From Clostridia bacterium (GTDB taxonomy: Bacteria; Bacillota; Clostridia; Christensenellales; CAG-917), in contig JAFTSA010000004.1 in assembly GCA_017461985.1 (NCBI GenBank), positions 262,053 to 326,052 of the forward strand: a DNA stretch of 64,000 bases. The letters are read 5' to 3'. The position numbers were made by a program, and so were the translations under genes. Shown here in pieces: positions 48,610 through 58,776 of this stretch. Under the pieces are notes generated by a model. The model made no database searches and was not told where the DNA came from. It worked only from the letters and a program-made list of their open reading frames with translations. Position 1 is the first letter of the stretch. Every line of letters begins with the position of its first letter.

Positions 48610-48633
48610 CAAATTTGATAGTTCGTTTTATGT

Positions 48634-50580
48634 CTATTTTCCAATCATTGAAAGAAATTCATCTTCACTGATGATTTTGATGCCGAGCTTCTCCGCCTTT
48701 TGAAGCTTGCTTCCTGCGTCTTCACCGGCAAGAACAATATCCACCGTCTTAGACACAGATGATGCAACTTCTCCGCCGTTTTGCTCTATGAGCAGAGTTG
48801 CTTCACCACGCTTCAAGGTAGGCAAACTGCCAGTAAGGACAAACTTGAGGCCTTTAAGTGCGCCGTCAATCTCTTCTTTTTCTTCAAGAATAATTCCGCT
48901 TTCAAGCAAATCTGCAACCAATTTTCGATTGCCTTCATCACTGAAATAGTCAACTATATTTTTTGCGAGTATACCGCCAATTCCGTCAACAGATGCAAGT
49001 TCATCTTCGGTGGCTTCCGCAAGATTTTTCAGCGTTCTAAACCGCTTGATTAAGTCTTTTGCCGTCTTCTTGCCTATGCCGTCAACACCCAATGCATACA
49101 AAAATCTGTCTGCTGTCGTCTTCTTTGATTTCTCAATTGAGCCGATTAGATTGCTGATTTTCTTATCTCCAAAGCCTTCTAGACCAAACATATCTTCAGG
49201 CTTCAAATTCATCAAATCGACGAGAGTGCGAAGGCCAATTTCATTGTAGAATTGCTCTGCTGTCTTTTCAGAAAATCCCTCGATGTCCATAGCGTCTTTT
49301 GATGCAAAGTGATCAAGAGCGGAAATCACTTGAGGAGCACAATGCTCGCCGGTACAATACAAGAATGCTCCAACCTCTTTCACTGGTGCGCCACAAGCAG
49401 GACAGACCGTAGGCTTCTCTACTTGTTTTGAGTGGTCGTAGGTTTCTGCCACGCCCATGATTTCTGGGATAACGTCATTTGACCTGCGGATGAACACTCT
49501 ATCCCCTATTTTGACGTTTTTGCGGAGAATATCTCCATAGTTGTTGAGGGTGGCTTTCTTCACCGTCACACCGCCGATGTCGACAGGCTCAAGGACAGCA
49601 AGGGGATTGAGCTTTGCGCTTCTTGACACTTGCCACACAACGTCGTTAAGTGTTGTGGTCATTTCATCAGCCTTGAACTTGTAAGCTATTGCCCATTTAG
49701 GGAATTTTTCAGTGTAGCCAAGCTCATCACGATATGCGAGATTGTTGACTTTGAAGACAAGACCATCAATGAGATAGTCAAGCCCACCTCTCATCTTCTC
49801 TGCACGATTGATATACTCTTCAATCTCTTCCCTTGTGCCGACAAGGGCAAAGTCTCCTTCTGTCTCAAAGCCTTGTTCAATTAGGAAATCACGGATATCC
49901 TTTTGTGTTTCAAAAGTTTTGTCGCTGTAGCCAACGTTGTATGCAAAGAAAGATATGTTTCTTTCTGCGGTGACTGCAGGATTAAGATTGCGGATTGCGC
50001 CTGCAACACCGTTTCTAGCATTTTTTAAGGGCTCTACAGCGGTAAGATTATATTTGTTGAAATTTGATAGGCGAAGTATGCCTTCTCCTTGGATTTCAAT
50101 TTTGCCCTTATATTCAATTTCTCTAGGTAGCTTTGAGATTGTGCGCACTTGTGCGGTGACAATTTCACCAGTGACGCCGTCACCGCGGGTTGTGGCTTGC
50201 ACAAGCTTACCATTATCGTACAAAAGATTGAGGGTAAGACCGTCAAACTTGTATTCTGCAGTCAACGTAGGGAGAGGTGAAACAACCTTCTCAGTGCGGG
50301 CACACCACTCATAAAACTCTTCAATGCTTTGGCACTTGTCAAGAGAGTAAAGACGACGCAAATGTTTTGATTGCTCAAATTTCTTTTGAGGTGCTCCACC
50401 AACTCTATGTGTAGGAGAATTTTTGAGAGAATAACCTTCACTTTCTTCAAGTCTTCTAAGCTCGTCGTATAAGGCATCGTACTCCGCGTCAGAAACCACG
50501 GGAGCATCTTGCTCATAATAGAGAGAAGCATATTTGTTGAGCAGGTCAACAAGCTCTTTCATTCTTGAATAGTTGTCCAT
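48634..50580 (-). CDS. ligA: NAD-dependent DNA ligase
   Basis: AEYKFDG adenylation lysine motif, CPACGAP...C zinc finger, HhH repeats and a BRCT tail. ATG at 50580 preceded by GAGGAG (the track start at 50586 is a GTG). Confidence 0.97.
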   Translation of the reverse strand: MDNYSRMKELVDLLNKYASLYYEQDAPVVSDAEYDALYDELRRLEESEGYSLKNSPTHRVGGAPQKKFEQSKHLRRLYSLDKCQSIEEFYEWCARTEKVVSPLPTLTAEYKFDGLTLNLLYDNGKLVQATTRGDGVTGEIVTAQVRTISKLPREIEYKGKIEIQGEGILRLSNFNKYNLTAVEPLKNARNGVAGAIRNLNPAVTAERNISFFAYNVGYSDKTFETQKDIRDFLIEQGFETEGDFALVGTREEIEEYINRAEKMRGGLDYLIDGLVFKVNNLAYRDELGYTEKFPKWAIAYKFKADEMTTTLNDVVWQVSRSAKLNPLAVLEPVDIGGVTVKKATLNNYGDILRKNVKIGDRVFIRRSNDVIPEIMGVAETYDHSKQVEKPTVCPACGAPVKEVGAFLYCTGEHCAPQVISALDHFASKDAMDIEGFSEKTAEQFYNEIGLRTLVDLMNLKPEDMFGLEGFGDKKISNLIGSIEKSKKTTADRFLYALGVDGIGKKTAKDLIKRFRTLKNLAEATEDELASVDGIGGILAKNIVDYFSDEGNRKLVADLLESGIILEEKEEIDGALKGLKFVLTGSLPTLKRGEATLLIEQNGGEVASSVSKTVDIVLAGEDAGSKLQKAEKLGIKIISEDEFLSMIGK

Positions 50581-50582
50581 AA

Positions 50583-52820
50583 TCACTCCTCTATCACAGT
50601 GAGATGTTGAGCGGCGATTGCAAGGGAGAATCTCTTGACGCCCAAACCCTTAAAGGCTATTGCAGCAGTCTTATCTTCTCCGTCACCAACGGTTGAAATA
50701 ATTATGCCTTTGCCAAACTTTGAGTGCTCAACCATGACACCTTGCTTGTACATAGAATAGTCCACGTTTGACTTGGCTTTTTGTTGAGGTTTTTGTGATG
50801 AAGCCACCATTGTTTTGTTGAATTGTGACTTGCCTTCAACGCCATAAACCGCATTTGCGATCGCCTTTTGTACGTCAAAATTGTATTTGTTTGTTGCGCC
50901 TTGATACATGCTGTTTGTTGCACGAACTGACACTTTACCACCTTGCATTTCAGTGATAAAACGGCTCTTCGGCGCATACGTCATTTCACCAAAGCGGAAT
51001 CTTTGTCTTGCATTGATTGCATATAGACGACGTTTTGCACGGGTGATTGCAACGTACATAAGACGCCTTTCTTCCTCTATGTCACCGCTTGCAATTGCTC
51101 TGTTTACAGGGAAAATCCCCTCTTCAAGACCAATAATAAATACGGTGTCAAATTCAAGTCCTTTCACTGCGTGGACTGTGGCGATTGTCACATAGTTGTC
51201 GTCATCCATTTCATCGGTGTCAGACACCAATGCGACCGATTGCATGAAGTCTGCAATGGTGCTGTCGGGGTTGTCCTTGATGAAGCCTTCCACTGCCCCA
51301 ACCAGTTCAAAAACGTTTTCAAGAGCGTTGGTGTCTTCCTTTTCCTTTGCCAACATAAGAGCATTTTCTATGCCACTTCTACGGATGACGTATTGCATAA
51401 ATTCAACGGGAGAAAGTGTGTTTCTCTTCTCAATAATGTCCATTGCAATGTCAAGGAAAGGTGACAATTTCTTGGCGGTGTTAGAGTTCAAAAATCCCGG
51501 GTTGATGAGCACTGAAAACATAGTCATATTGTTTGACTGTGCCACTTGTTTCAACTCTTCAACAGACTTTGCGCCTATGCCACGACTGGGATAATTGATG
51601 ATACGAAGCAAGCTGTCGTTGTCACTAGGATTGAGGGCGAGGCGGACGTATGCCAACGTATCTTTGATTTCCTTACGCTCGAAGAAGCGGAAACCACCAA
51701 ATACTTTATATGGGATGCCGTGCAGGTTGAAATCTTCTTCAAAAAGACGAGTCAATGAGTTGGCTCTTACAAGCACTGCAATGTCCTTATATTCTACACC
51801 AATGGACACAAGCCAGTTGATTTGACGAGACACGTAGGTTGCCTCATCTCTGTCACTGTATGCTTCGAAGTATTCAATGCAATTATCGTCACGGTGCTCG
51901 CTCCAAAGATTTTTCTTGTTGCGTGCTACGTTATGCTTTATGACGTTGTTTGCAGCGTCAAGAATACCTGTTGAACTGCGATAGTTTTGTTCAAGTTTGT
52001 ATACTTTTGCTCCCTCAAAATCTTTGGGGAATCCAAGGATGTTCTTGATTTCTGCCCCGCGCCAGCTATATATATTTTGGTCCTCATCGCCAACGACAAA
52101 CACGTTTCCGTGCTTTTCTGCCAACATTTTTACAAGACGATATTGGAGCACGTTGGTGTCTTGAAACTCATCAACGTTGATATATTCAAAGCGGTTTTGA
52201 TATTTTTCAAGGACGTCGGGACAAGTTGAAAACAATTCAACCGTCTTCAAAAGAAGGTCGTCAAAGTCCAGTGCGTTTGAGGATTTCAGTTCTCTTTCAT
52301 AGGCGGAATACACACTGAAAATCACTTTTGCATCGTGATAGTCCTTGTTGATTTCGTAATAATACTCCTCAGGAGACATAGCAAGTGTCTTCGCGTTTGA
52401 AATATGCCAAAGATAATCACCTTTCTTTTTGACGTCTGCACCGGGGATGTTGGGACAAAGTCGTTTGACAACTCTTTCACTTTCTAGGTCGGTGTATATT
52501 GTAAAGTTGGAGTCATAACCCAAGCGGTCACAATCATATCTTAAAATGCGCGCACACATTGCGTGGAAGGTGCTCACCCATATAGATGAATTCATGCCAA
52601 GCGCTGACTCAATACGATTCTTCATCTCTCCTGCTGCTTTGTTGGTGAAAGTGATTGCAAGGATATTGTAAGGATTGACACCTTTTTCAACTAAATGGCA
52701 AATCCTCGCAGTGAGGACACGGGTCTTTCCGCTTCCTGCTCCTGCGATGACAAGCACTGCGCCCTCGGTGTCTTGGACGGCCTTCAGTTGAGCATCGTTG
52801 AGATCAAAATTGTTGTACAT
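50583..52820 (-). CDS. pcrA: ATP-dependent DNA helicase PcrA (UvrD family)
   Basis: AGAGSGKTRVLT Walker A, VDEFQDTN, YRS and VAITRAK motifs. pcrA-ligA pairing as in Firmicutes. Confidence 0.95.
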   Translation of the reverse strand: MYNNFDLNDAQLKAVQDTEGAVLVIAGAGSGKTRVLTARICHLVEKGVNPYNILAITFTNKAAGEMKNRIESALGMNSSIWVSTFHAMCARILRYDCDRLGYDSNFTIYTDLESERVVKRLCPNIPGADVKKKGDYLWHISNAKTLAMSPEEYYYEINKDYHDAKVIFSVYSAYERELKSSNALDFDDLLLKTVELFSTCPDVLEKYQNRFEYINVDEFQDTNVLQYRLVKMLAEKHGNVFVVGDEDQNIYSWRGAEIKNILGFPKDFEGAKVYKLEQNYRSSTGILDAANNVIKHNVARNKKNLWSEHRDDNCIEYFEAYSDRDEATYVSRQINWLVSIGVEYKDIAVLVRANSLTRLFEEDFNLHGIPYKVFGGFRFFERKEIKDTLAYVRLALNPSDNDSLLRIINYPSRGIGAKSVEELKQVAQSNNMTMFSVLINPGFLNSNTAKKLSPFLDIAMDIIEKRNTLSPVEFMQYVIRRSGIENALMLAKEKEDTNALENVFELVGAVEGFIKDNPDSTIADFMQSVALVSDTDEMDDDNYVTIATVHAVKGLEFDTVFIIGLEEGIFPVNRAIASGDIEEERRLMYVAITRAKRRLYAINARQRFRFGEMTYAPKSRFITEMQGGKVSVRATNSMYQGATNKYNFDVQKAIANAVYGVEGKSQFNKTMVASSQKPQQKAKSNVDYSMYKQGVMVEHSKFGKGIIISTVGDGEDKTAAIAFKGLGVKRFSLAIAAQHLTVIEE

Positions 52821-52947
52821 CTTGGTTATATTCTACCATATGTAGTGCAAAAACTCAATTTTTTTGCAAAAAAACAAGAAAACTATCTTGAAAAATTATA
52901 TTAACTGTGTTAATATATTATCAATTCACGGATGGAGGAGTTTTTTT

Positions 52948-54225
52948 ATGGAAAAAAACACCATTTTTGACGAGGAAATCATCTTCTTCGACGCCGAAAT
53001 CATGGACGACGATGATGATGCTCCTGTTGGCACTCTTGTAGTTAGACCTGAAGCCCCCACAACTGAAGCAACCACTGACGATACAGCAGACCAAGAGTCT
53101 GTTGCAGATGAACCCGTGGCAGAGGCAGCACCTATTGTCGATGAAGCACCTGCTCCCGCAGTCGATGAAGTTATCCCTGCTCCCATTGCAGAAGAAAAGG
53201 TTGCACCTCAACCTGCTCCTAAGAAGGCAAAAGCGCCCAAAGCAGAAGCCCCCGCAGAAGAAAAACCCGTCCACGTGAACACAAGCAAAAACGTCCTCGG
53301 TGACAGTTTTGGTCAAGGATCGATGGATATGTCATACGACTATAAGATTGATCTCGCCCCAACCCCTCAACCCGAGCCCAAGAAGAAAGCCCCCGCAAAG
53401 CCCAAAACTGCTCCTGTCAAAAAGGAAGTGACCGAGGCAGATATTTGGGGTACAGCATCAATTGCTCCCAAAAAGAAAGCAACACCTGCCCCCGAAGCGG
53501 TTGAAGAACCTGCCCCCAAGAAAGCCCCCAAGGCAGCACCTACACCTAAAAAAGCAGTGAAGGAAGTTGAACCCGAAGCCGAAAAACCCGCGCCCAAGAA
53601 AGCTGCTCCCCAAAAAGCCAAGGCAGAGCCTGAAGTCCAAGTGGCTGAAGAAACTCCTGTCGAAACCGTCGCCCCTGCGCACGCCAAAAAGACACGCAAA
53701 AAGGCCGACCCCAAACCCGATGCCAACGATGTTGAGATAAAAAATACAAATGAGGAGGAAAACAAAGTGGCAAAAGAAACAACAAAAGCAGCAGCAACCC
53801 CCGAACAAATTCTCGTAGAAGGTACTGGTCAATACCATGGCAAGTTTGTCATCAAAAAGACAGACAAAGGTAACTTTGTTTACAAACTCTTTGCATATGG
53901 CAACAAGTGCGTTGCAATCGGTGCACAAGCATATGAAAGCTTGGGTGGTGTCAAAGGTGGCATTGCAAGCGTCTCAAGAATCGCAGCAACTTCACCCATC
54001 GAAAACCAAACCCTCAAATCATACGAAACACTCAAGTTCCCTAAATGGGAAATCTATGCAGACAAGAAAGGTGAATTCCGTCTCCGTCTTTATGCAGCAA
54101 ACGGCAACCTCGTTGCAACAACCAATGATGGCTATCTCAGCGTAAGCGCAGCAAAGAAAGGCATCGAATCAGTTGCACGTGCAGCAGAAGGTGCAGCAAT
54201 CGTCAGAAACGACAATCTCTGGTAA
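52948..54225 (+). CDS. Protein with an acidic N-terminus, a long A/P/K-rich (histone-H1-like) region and two C-terminal YegP/DUF1508 domains
   Basis: ATG at 52948 preceded by GGAGGAG. KKAPAKPK/APKKAPKAAPTPKK repeats. Two DUF1508-like units: GKFVIKKTDKGNFVYKLFAYGNKCVAIGAQAYESLGGVKGGIASV and WEIYADKKGEFRLRLYAANGNLVATTNDGYLSVSAAKKGIESV. Confidence 0.7.
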   Translation: MEKNTIFDEEIIFFDAEIMDDDDDAPVGTLVVRPEAPTTEATTDDTADQESVADEPVAEAAPIVDEAPAPAVDEVIPAPIAEEKVAPQPAPKKAKAPKAEAPAEEKPVHVNTSKNVLGDSFGQGSMDMSYDYKIDLAPTPQPEPKKKAPAKPKTAPVKKEVTEADIWGTASIAPKKKATPAPEAVEEPAPKKAPKAAPTPKKAVKEVEPEAEKPAPKKAAPQKAKAEPEVQVAEETPVETVAPAHAKKTRKKADPKPDANDVEIKNTNEEENKVAKETTKAAATPEQILVEGTGQYHGKFVIKKTDKGNFVYKLFAYGNKCVAIGAQAYESLGGVKGGIASVSRIAATSPIENQTLKSYETLKFPKWEIYADKKGEFRLRLYAANGNLVATTNDGYLSVSAAKKGIESVARAAEGAAIVRNDNLW

Positions 54226-54244
54226 TCTCAACCTGACATAAATG

Positions 54245-54273
54245 AAGCGTATTCATATGAATACGCTTTTTTT
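54245..54273 (+). terminator. Terminator after the YegP-domain gene
   Basis: AAGCGTATTCATATGAATACGCTT perfect palindromic hairpin followed by TTTTT. Confidence 0.8.
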
Positions 54274-54449
54274 ATTTGCAAATTTTCACTTTATCCCATT
54301 CTCTATTCTTCATCAGGATTAAGATAACCCAACTGATTTTTAAGCATTGTCTGTGAGCCTCTAAAAAGCATTTAAGCTAATATGACATTTGGACGACTAG
54401 CTGTTCAACTTCTCTACTTATCTTTGTTGAAATCAATTTCATGCCTTAC

Positions 54450-54488
54450 AAAAGCAAAAGAAAATCGCCCACGTGAGTGAGCGATTTC
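54450..54488 (-). terminator. Terminator after the 267-aa lipoprotein gene
   Basis: On the minus strand: AAAUCGC UCACUCACGUGG GCGAUUU, followed by UCUUUUGCUUUU. Confidence 0.55.
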
Positions 54489-54506
54489 TTATTAAGAGTT
54501 TTTTGA

Positions 54507-55310
54507 TTAAGGAGTGTATTTGCCTGCGATTGAAATACCGAGGACTTCGTTTCGCCACACGATGGTTTCTTTGCCATTTTCATAGACGGTATATGAGAAG
54601 TTCATATAAGGCAGAGTGTCTGAGTCGTGGGTGCCCACTGTTGCAAATGTCCAAACCTTTGCAGTTTCACCATTTTCGGTGACAGTTTCAGTTGCATCGA
54701 GAAGTTTGTAAGGTCCTTGAATCTTGATGCCAATTGCATCGGGCAACTTGCTGAGGTCAAGATCTTCGGGAATAAGACGATCGTTGTTGGGATCTTCGAT
54801 GCAGTCAAAGAGCTTGTCAACTTCACTATTTGAGCGGTCAAGACCGAAGATTTCAACGCCCATTGAGTTTGTGAGAAGTGCAAGTGAGCCTTCAACGTCG
54901 CTGAGGTCAAATCCAGGGAACATAACCTTGACGTAGCCATTGATTGTGCCCATCAAAGATGACTTTGTAAGGGTTTCCGTTGCTGTGCCAATGTCAAAAT
55001 CACCGAGAAGTGAGCCAACAAGTTCCAACGTACCTGCTACGTCAATTGTGAGAATACAGGTGAAAGTTCCACTAGGGCTAAGTTCAAAATAACTATTTCC
55101 CTTGTCAAGAGCCACATCAAGTATGGTTGACAAAAGAAGGCCGGGAACGCTATCGAGTTTTGTGTTGACGGTATCGATATCAAAGGTCAAGGGGACGCTA
55201 GGAAGATAGCCGTGTTCGATTTCGCCACATGCAGTGAACATAACTGCTGATGAAAGTGCAACAACGAGGACGAGAACTGTGATGATGATTTTTGTCATAT
55301 TCTTTTTCAT
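54507..55310 (-). CDS. Hypothetical lipoprotein
   Basis: Signal peptide MKKNMTKIIITVLVLVVALSSAVMFTAC with a lipobox cysteine. No recognisable domain. Confidence 0.6.
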   Translation of the reverse strand: MKKNMTKIIITVLVLVVALSSAVMFTACGEIEHGYLPSVPLTFDIDTVNTKLDSVPGLLLSTILDVALDKGNSYFELSPSGTFTCILTIDVAGTLELVGSLLGDFDIGTATETLTKSSLMGTINGYVKVMFPGFDLSDVEGSLALLTNSMGVEIFGLDRSNSEVDKLFDCIEDPNNDRLIPEDLDLSKLPDAIGIKIQGPYKLLDATETVTENGETAKVWTFATVGTHDSDTLPYMNFSYTVYENGKETIVWRNEVLGISIAGKYTP

Positions 55311-55324
55311 AGCACGGCACCTCC

Positions 55325-56659
55325 TTATTTATTGTTTGCGTAGTTCGGGACTACATATGTGAAGATAGGATATGCTCTGTCGCCGTTGCGATTTGCTACT
55401 TCGTCAAAGTATTTCGGTCTTGTGATTGCATTGAAGTATGCAAGATTTGCTTCGTATGCCGTTGTAGCATTGTTGATTGCTGCCTTTGCTGCTGCAACGT
55501 CAACGGGTGAGCCTGCATATGAGAACATTCTGTCAAGTTGTTCGCATCTTATTGCTTTGATTTCTGCAAGATAGTTTGCGCCTGCAAGACCAAGTTCAAC
55601 AAGTTTGTCTTGTGTGACGTCTGCGATCATTGCATGACCTTCGTTGGAAGGATGAATATAGTCTTGTGAGAAAAGTCTACGAGAATATGCTTGACCTTCA
55701 GAAGTGTCTGCATTGTGATATTCCATAAATCTATCGTGGATTTCAACAACTTCGATTGTGCCGGGATGGTCTTCAGCATAGTCGCGGACGATGTTGTTCA
55801 TCAGTTCAATAAGGAAATCGCCAAGTTCACGATAATCAGCAGGTGTCACGCCGTAGTCTTGAAGGAGGATTTCACGGGTTGTACGTGTGTCATCGTTCCA
55901 GCATTTTGTTGTGCCTTCTGTATCAACGTATGTGATTGGTTGTTCAAGGACCAACGTGCTCGTGTCAAAGATAGGATTGTAAACTGTTTGTACAAGAAGA
56001 GTCACGTCGGGGTTGAGGTCATAAAGTCTTTCAATGATTGCTGCAAAGTTGTCGGTTGAGTTGTTGGGATTGGGTTCACCTTTAACCTTTCCAAGTGCCT
56101 CCTCTGCATCATTGTAGCCTGCATATTGATAGACGTCGTTGAAGAGGATATCATTGACATAGTCAAGTTTGTCACTTTCGCCCTTTTCTTCCATTTCTTC
56201 AAGATATTGGCAAGTCATAACGAGGAGTTTGCCAAGGTTGTCTTGAAGGATGTCGTTGCCAAGAATTGAAAGCTCGATGATGTCTGCTCTTTGCAACAAT
56301 TCAGTTGTAAATGCTGCTTCGTCATCCTTGTATGCATTGTCAGTGAGGTAGGTGAGCAATTGACTTGATTTCCAACCTGAAACTGACTTGTTCACATATG
56401 TGAAATCATTGCCCTTGCCAAGCATTGCATAGTAGGCATAGTTTTCTCTTTCACTGAGAGGTGAAGGACCTGCGATGCCTTCAGCAATTGAGTCACCAAT
56501 CCAAACCATAAGGGTTTTGCCGTCGAAGTCAAAGTAGTCGAGATGTGTAGGTGTTTCGTCGGCGGGTTCATCGGCTGTGGGATCACAAGCAACGAAGCTG
56601 ATTGCGCAAGTCAGCACAAGGATAAGTGCCAAAACCAGCGTGCAAAGTTTTCTTCTCAT
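55325..56659 (-). CDS. SGNH/GDSL-family hydrolase lipoprotein
   Basis: Lipobox ISFVAC. Block I WIGDSIAEG (catalytic Ser), block V DYIHPSNEGH (Asp-x-x-His). Confidence 0.8.
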   Translation of the reverse strand: MRRKLCTLVLALILVLTCAISFVACDPTADEPADETPTHLDYFDFDGKTLMVWIGDSIAEGIAGPSPLSERENYAYYAMLGKGNDFTYVNKSVSGWKSSQLLTYLTDNAYKDDEAAFTTELLQRADIIELSILGNDILQDNLGKLLVMTCQYLEEMEEKGESDKLDYVNDILFNDVYQYAGYNDAEEALGKVKGEPNPNNSTDNFAAIIERLYDLNPDVTLLVQTVYNPIFDTSTLVLEQPITYVDTEGTTKCWNDDTRTTREILLQDYGVTPADYRELGDFLIELMNNIVRDYAEDHPGTIEVVEIHDRFMEYHNADTSEGQAYSRRLFSQDYIHPSNEGHAMIADVTQDKLVELGLAGANYLAEIKAIRCEQLDRMFSYAGSPVDVAAAKAAINNATTAYEANLAYFNAITRPKYFDEVANRNGDRAYPIFTYVVPNYANNK

Positions 56660-56793
56660 AATTATCTCCTTAAATAAGATATAAATATCTTAACACCTTT
56701 TTTCAATCACTTCAATAGTAAACTTTATTTTTGCCATATTTTTTGAGATAATCAACAAAATCTATGATTTTGTCGGGGCTTTCACCGATAAGA

Positions 56794-56823
56794 TTGACGG
56801 ATAGTGCCCTTTTATGCTAAAAT
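56794..56823 (+). promoter_or_regulatory. Predicted promoter of the DHH-DHH-surE operon
   Basis: TTGACG (56794..56799), 18-nt spacer ending in TGC (extended -10), TAAAAT (56818..56823). Confidence 0.55.
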
Positions 56824-56845
56824 GATTTGATAAATAGGAGTTATT

Positions 56846-57796
56846 ATGCAAAATTACGACATTAAGAAGTCAATTGAACTCATCAAGCTTTTTGACACCA
56901 TCATCATACACAGACATTCAAGCCCCGACGGCGATGCAATCGGCTCCCAAATCGGTATGAGAAAGCTTCTTCAAGCCAACTTCCCCGAAAAGCGCATCTA
57001 TGCTGTTGGTGACCATCCCGGCAGATATGCATTTGTTGATGATGCCATTATGGATGATATTGGTGACGAAACCTATCAAGGTGCTCTCTGCATACTACTT
57101 GATATGGGTGCCGCTCATCTTGTCAGCGATGATAGATATCGTCTTGCTCAAAAGACAATTCGCATAGACCACCATCAACACGTGGAAAACTTCGCGGATT
57201 TTGAACTGGTTGACACAAGTTTTGAAAGCTGCGCTGGTCTTGTTGCTTATCTGGCACAAGAATGGGGTCTTGTTGTGCCCTCAGACGCCGCCAAAGCCCT
57301 TTTCACGGGTATGGTGACAGACAGCGGACGTTTCCGCTACGACTCCACCAACGCACGCACTTTCCGCATTGCATCTTTCCTCTTTGAGCAAGGCTTTGAC
57401 GCCAGTGACATTTACCAAAATCTCTATGGTGACGACCTTGATATGATTCAAATTAGAGCAAGTTTCGTTCTTCGCATACAACTGACCGAGCACGGTGTTG
57501 CATACATCTACACCGACAAACAACTTGCCGAAAGCCTTGGTATCAGCACTTTCACGATTTCACGCGGCATGGTGAACACTATGGCGGAAATCAAAGGAGT
57601 TAACACTTGGGTTAACTTCACCGAAACAGAGGAAGGTGTGCTCTGCGAACTCCGTTCAAAAAATCAAAACATAAACCAAATCGCTGTAAAATACGGCGGT
57701 GGCGGACATATTAAAGCAAGCGGTGCAATGGTTAAGGATAGAGCCGAAGCCATGGCAATGCTTCATGATCTCGACCAAATGCAAATAGGTGAATAA
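56846..57796 (+). CDS. DHH/DHHA1 family phosphoesterase (NrnA-like), paralogue 2
   Basis: HRHSSPDGDAIGS, LLDMGA, RIDHHQH and GGGGHIKASG. Confidence 0.85.
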   Translation: MQNYDIKKSIELIKLFDTIIIHRHSSPDGDAIGSQIGMRKLLQANFPEKRIYAVGDHPGRYAFVDDAIMDDIGDETYQGALCILLDMGAAHLVSDDRYRLAQKTIRIDHHQHVENFADFELVDTSFESCAGLVAYLAQEWGLVVPSDAAKALFTGMVTDSGRFRYDSTNARTFRIASFLFEQGFDASDIYQNLYGDDLDMIQIRASFVLRIQLTEHGVAYIYTDKQLAESLGISTFTISRGMVNTMAEIKGVNTWVNFTETEEGVLCELRSKNQNINQIAVKYGGGGHIKASGAMVKDRAEAMAMLHDLDQMQIGE

Positions 57797-58776
57797 TGAA
57801 CTACGAAATCAAAAAACAAATTCTTGACAAAATTAAGGAATACAACAAAATCATAATTTCACGCCATATTCGTCCCGACGGCGACTGCACTGGCAGCACT
57901 AAAGGCTTGAAAGCCATTTTAGAGGCATCTTTCCCCGATAAGGAAATCTACCTCGTCAACAGCGACTACAGCGAATTCCTGTCCTTTTTAGGCGGCGAAG
58001 ACGAGCAATTTGATGACGACTTCTACGCTGACGCCCTCCTCATCGTCCTTGACACCGCTTCAACAGATAGAATCTCAAACAAGAAATTCCATCTCGCCAA
58101 AGAAATCATCAAGATTGACCACCACATCGACATAGCACCCTATGGTGATTTGAGTTGGGTTGAGAACCTTCGTTCATCTCTCTGCGAAATGATTGTTGAC
58201 TTCTACAACACTTTCCGTGACGAACTTGTGATGACAAAAGAGGCTGCAACCTGCCTTTACACAGGTATGATCACCGACACCGGCAGATTTAGATTCCGTT
58301 CAGTAAGCGGTGATACAATGCGCCTTGCAGGTCTACTCCTTGACCAAGGAATCGACACAGATACTCTGTTTGCAAGGCTCAACCTCGAGGACTATGATTA
58401 TCTCCTCTTCAAGGCCTATGCTCTGAAAGAAATCAAGATGACCGAAAACGGCGTTGCATATATCCACGTTGACAAAGCAATGCAAGAAAGATTTGGTCTT
58501 TCAAAAGAAGATAGCAGTGCGACCGTGTCCTTCCTTGAAAACATCAAAGGCTCTCTCATCTGGGCGTCATTCATTGACAATCCTGACGGCACAATTAGAG
58601 TGCGTCTCCGCTCACGTTTTGTCTATTGCCACGACATCGGTGAAAACTGGCGCGGTGGCGGACACGAATGTGCTTGCGGTGCGACACTCTACTCCAAAGA
58701 CGAAATCGACCAACTTCTTGCCGAAGCAGACAAGAAACTCAAGGAATACAAAGAAACACACGAGGGCTGGCTATGA
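57796..58776 (+). CDS. DHH/DHHA1 family phosphoesterase (NrnA-like), paralogue 3
   Basis: SRHIRPDGDCTGS, VLDTAS, KIDHHID and RGGGHECACG. The ATG overlaps the upstream stop (TAATG). Confidence 0.85.
   Translation: MNYEIKKQILDKIKEYNKIIISRHIRPDGDCTGSTKGLKAILEASFPDKEIYLVNSDYSEFLSFLGGEDEQFDDDFYADALLIVLDTASTDRISNKKFHLAKEIIKIDHHIDIAPYGDLSWVENLRSSLCEMIVDFYNTFRDELVMTKEAATCLYTGMITDTGRFRFRSVSGDTMRLAGLLLDQGIDTDTLFARLNLEDYDYLLFKAYALKEIKMTENGVAYIHVDKAMQERFGLSKEDSSATVSFLENIKGSLIWASFIDNPDGTIRVRLRSRFVYCHDIGENWRGGGHECACGATLYSKDEIDQLLAEADKKLKEYKETHEGWL

Noticed and set aside
52921-53928. Antisense ORFs 52921..53316, 53367..53765, 53458..53928 and 53546..53797
   Set aside because: These are mirror frames of the A/P/K-rich repeat region of the YegP-domain gene. 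Their G/F/C-rich nonsense composition and lack of RBS argue against them.
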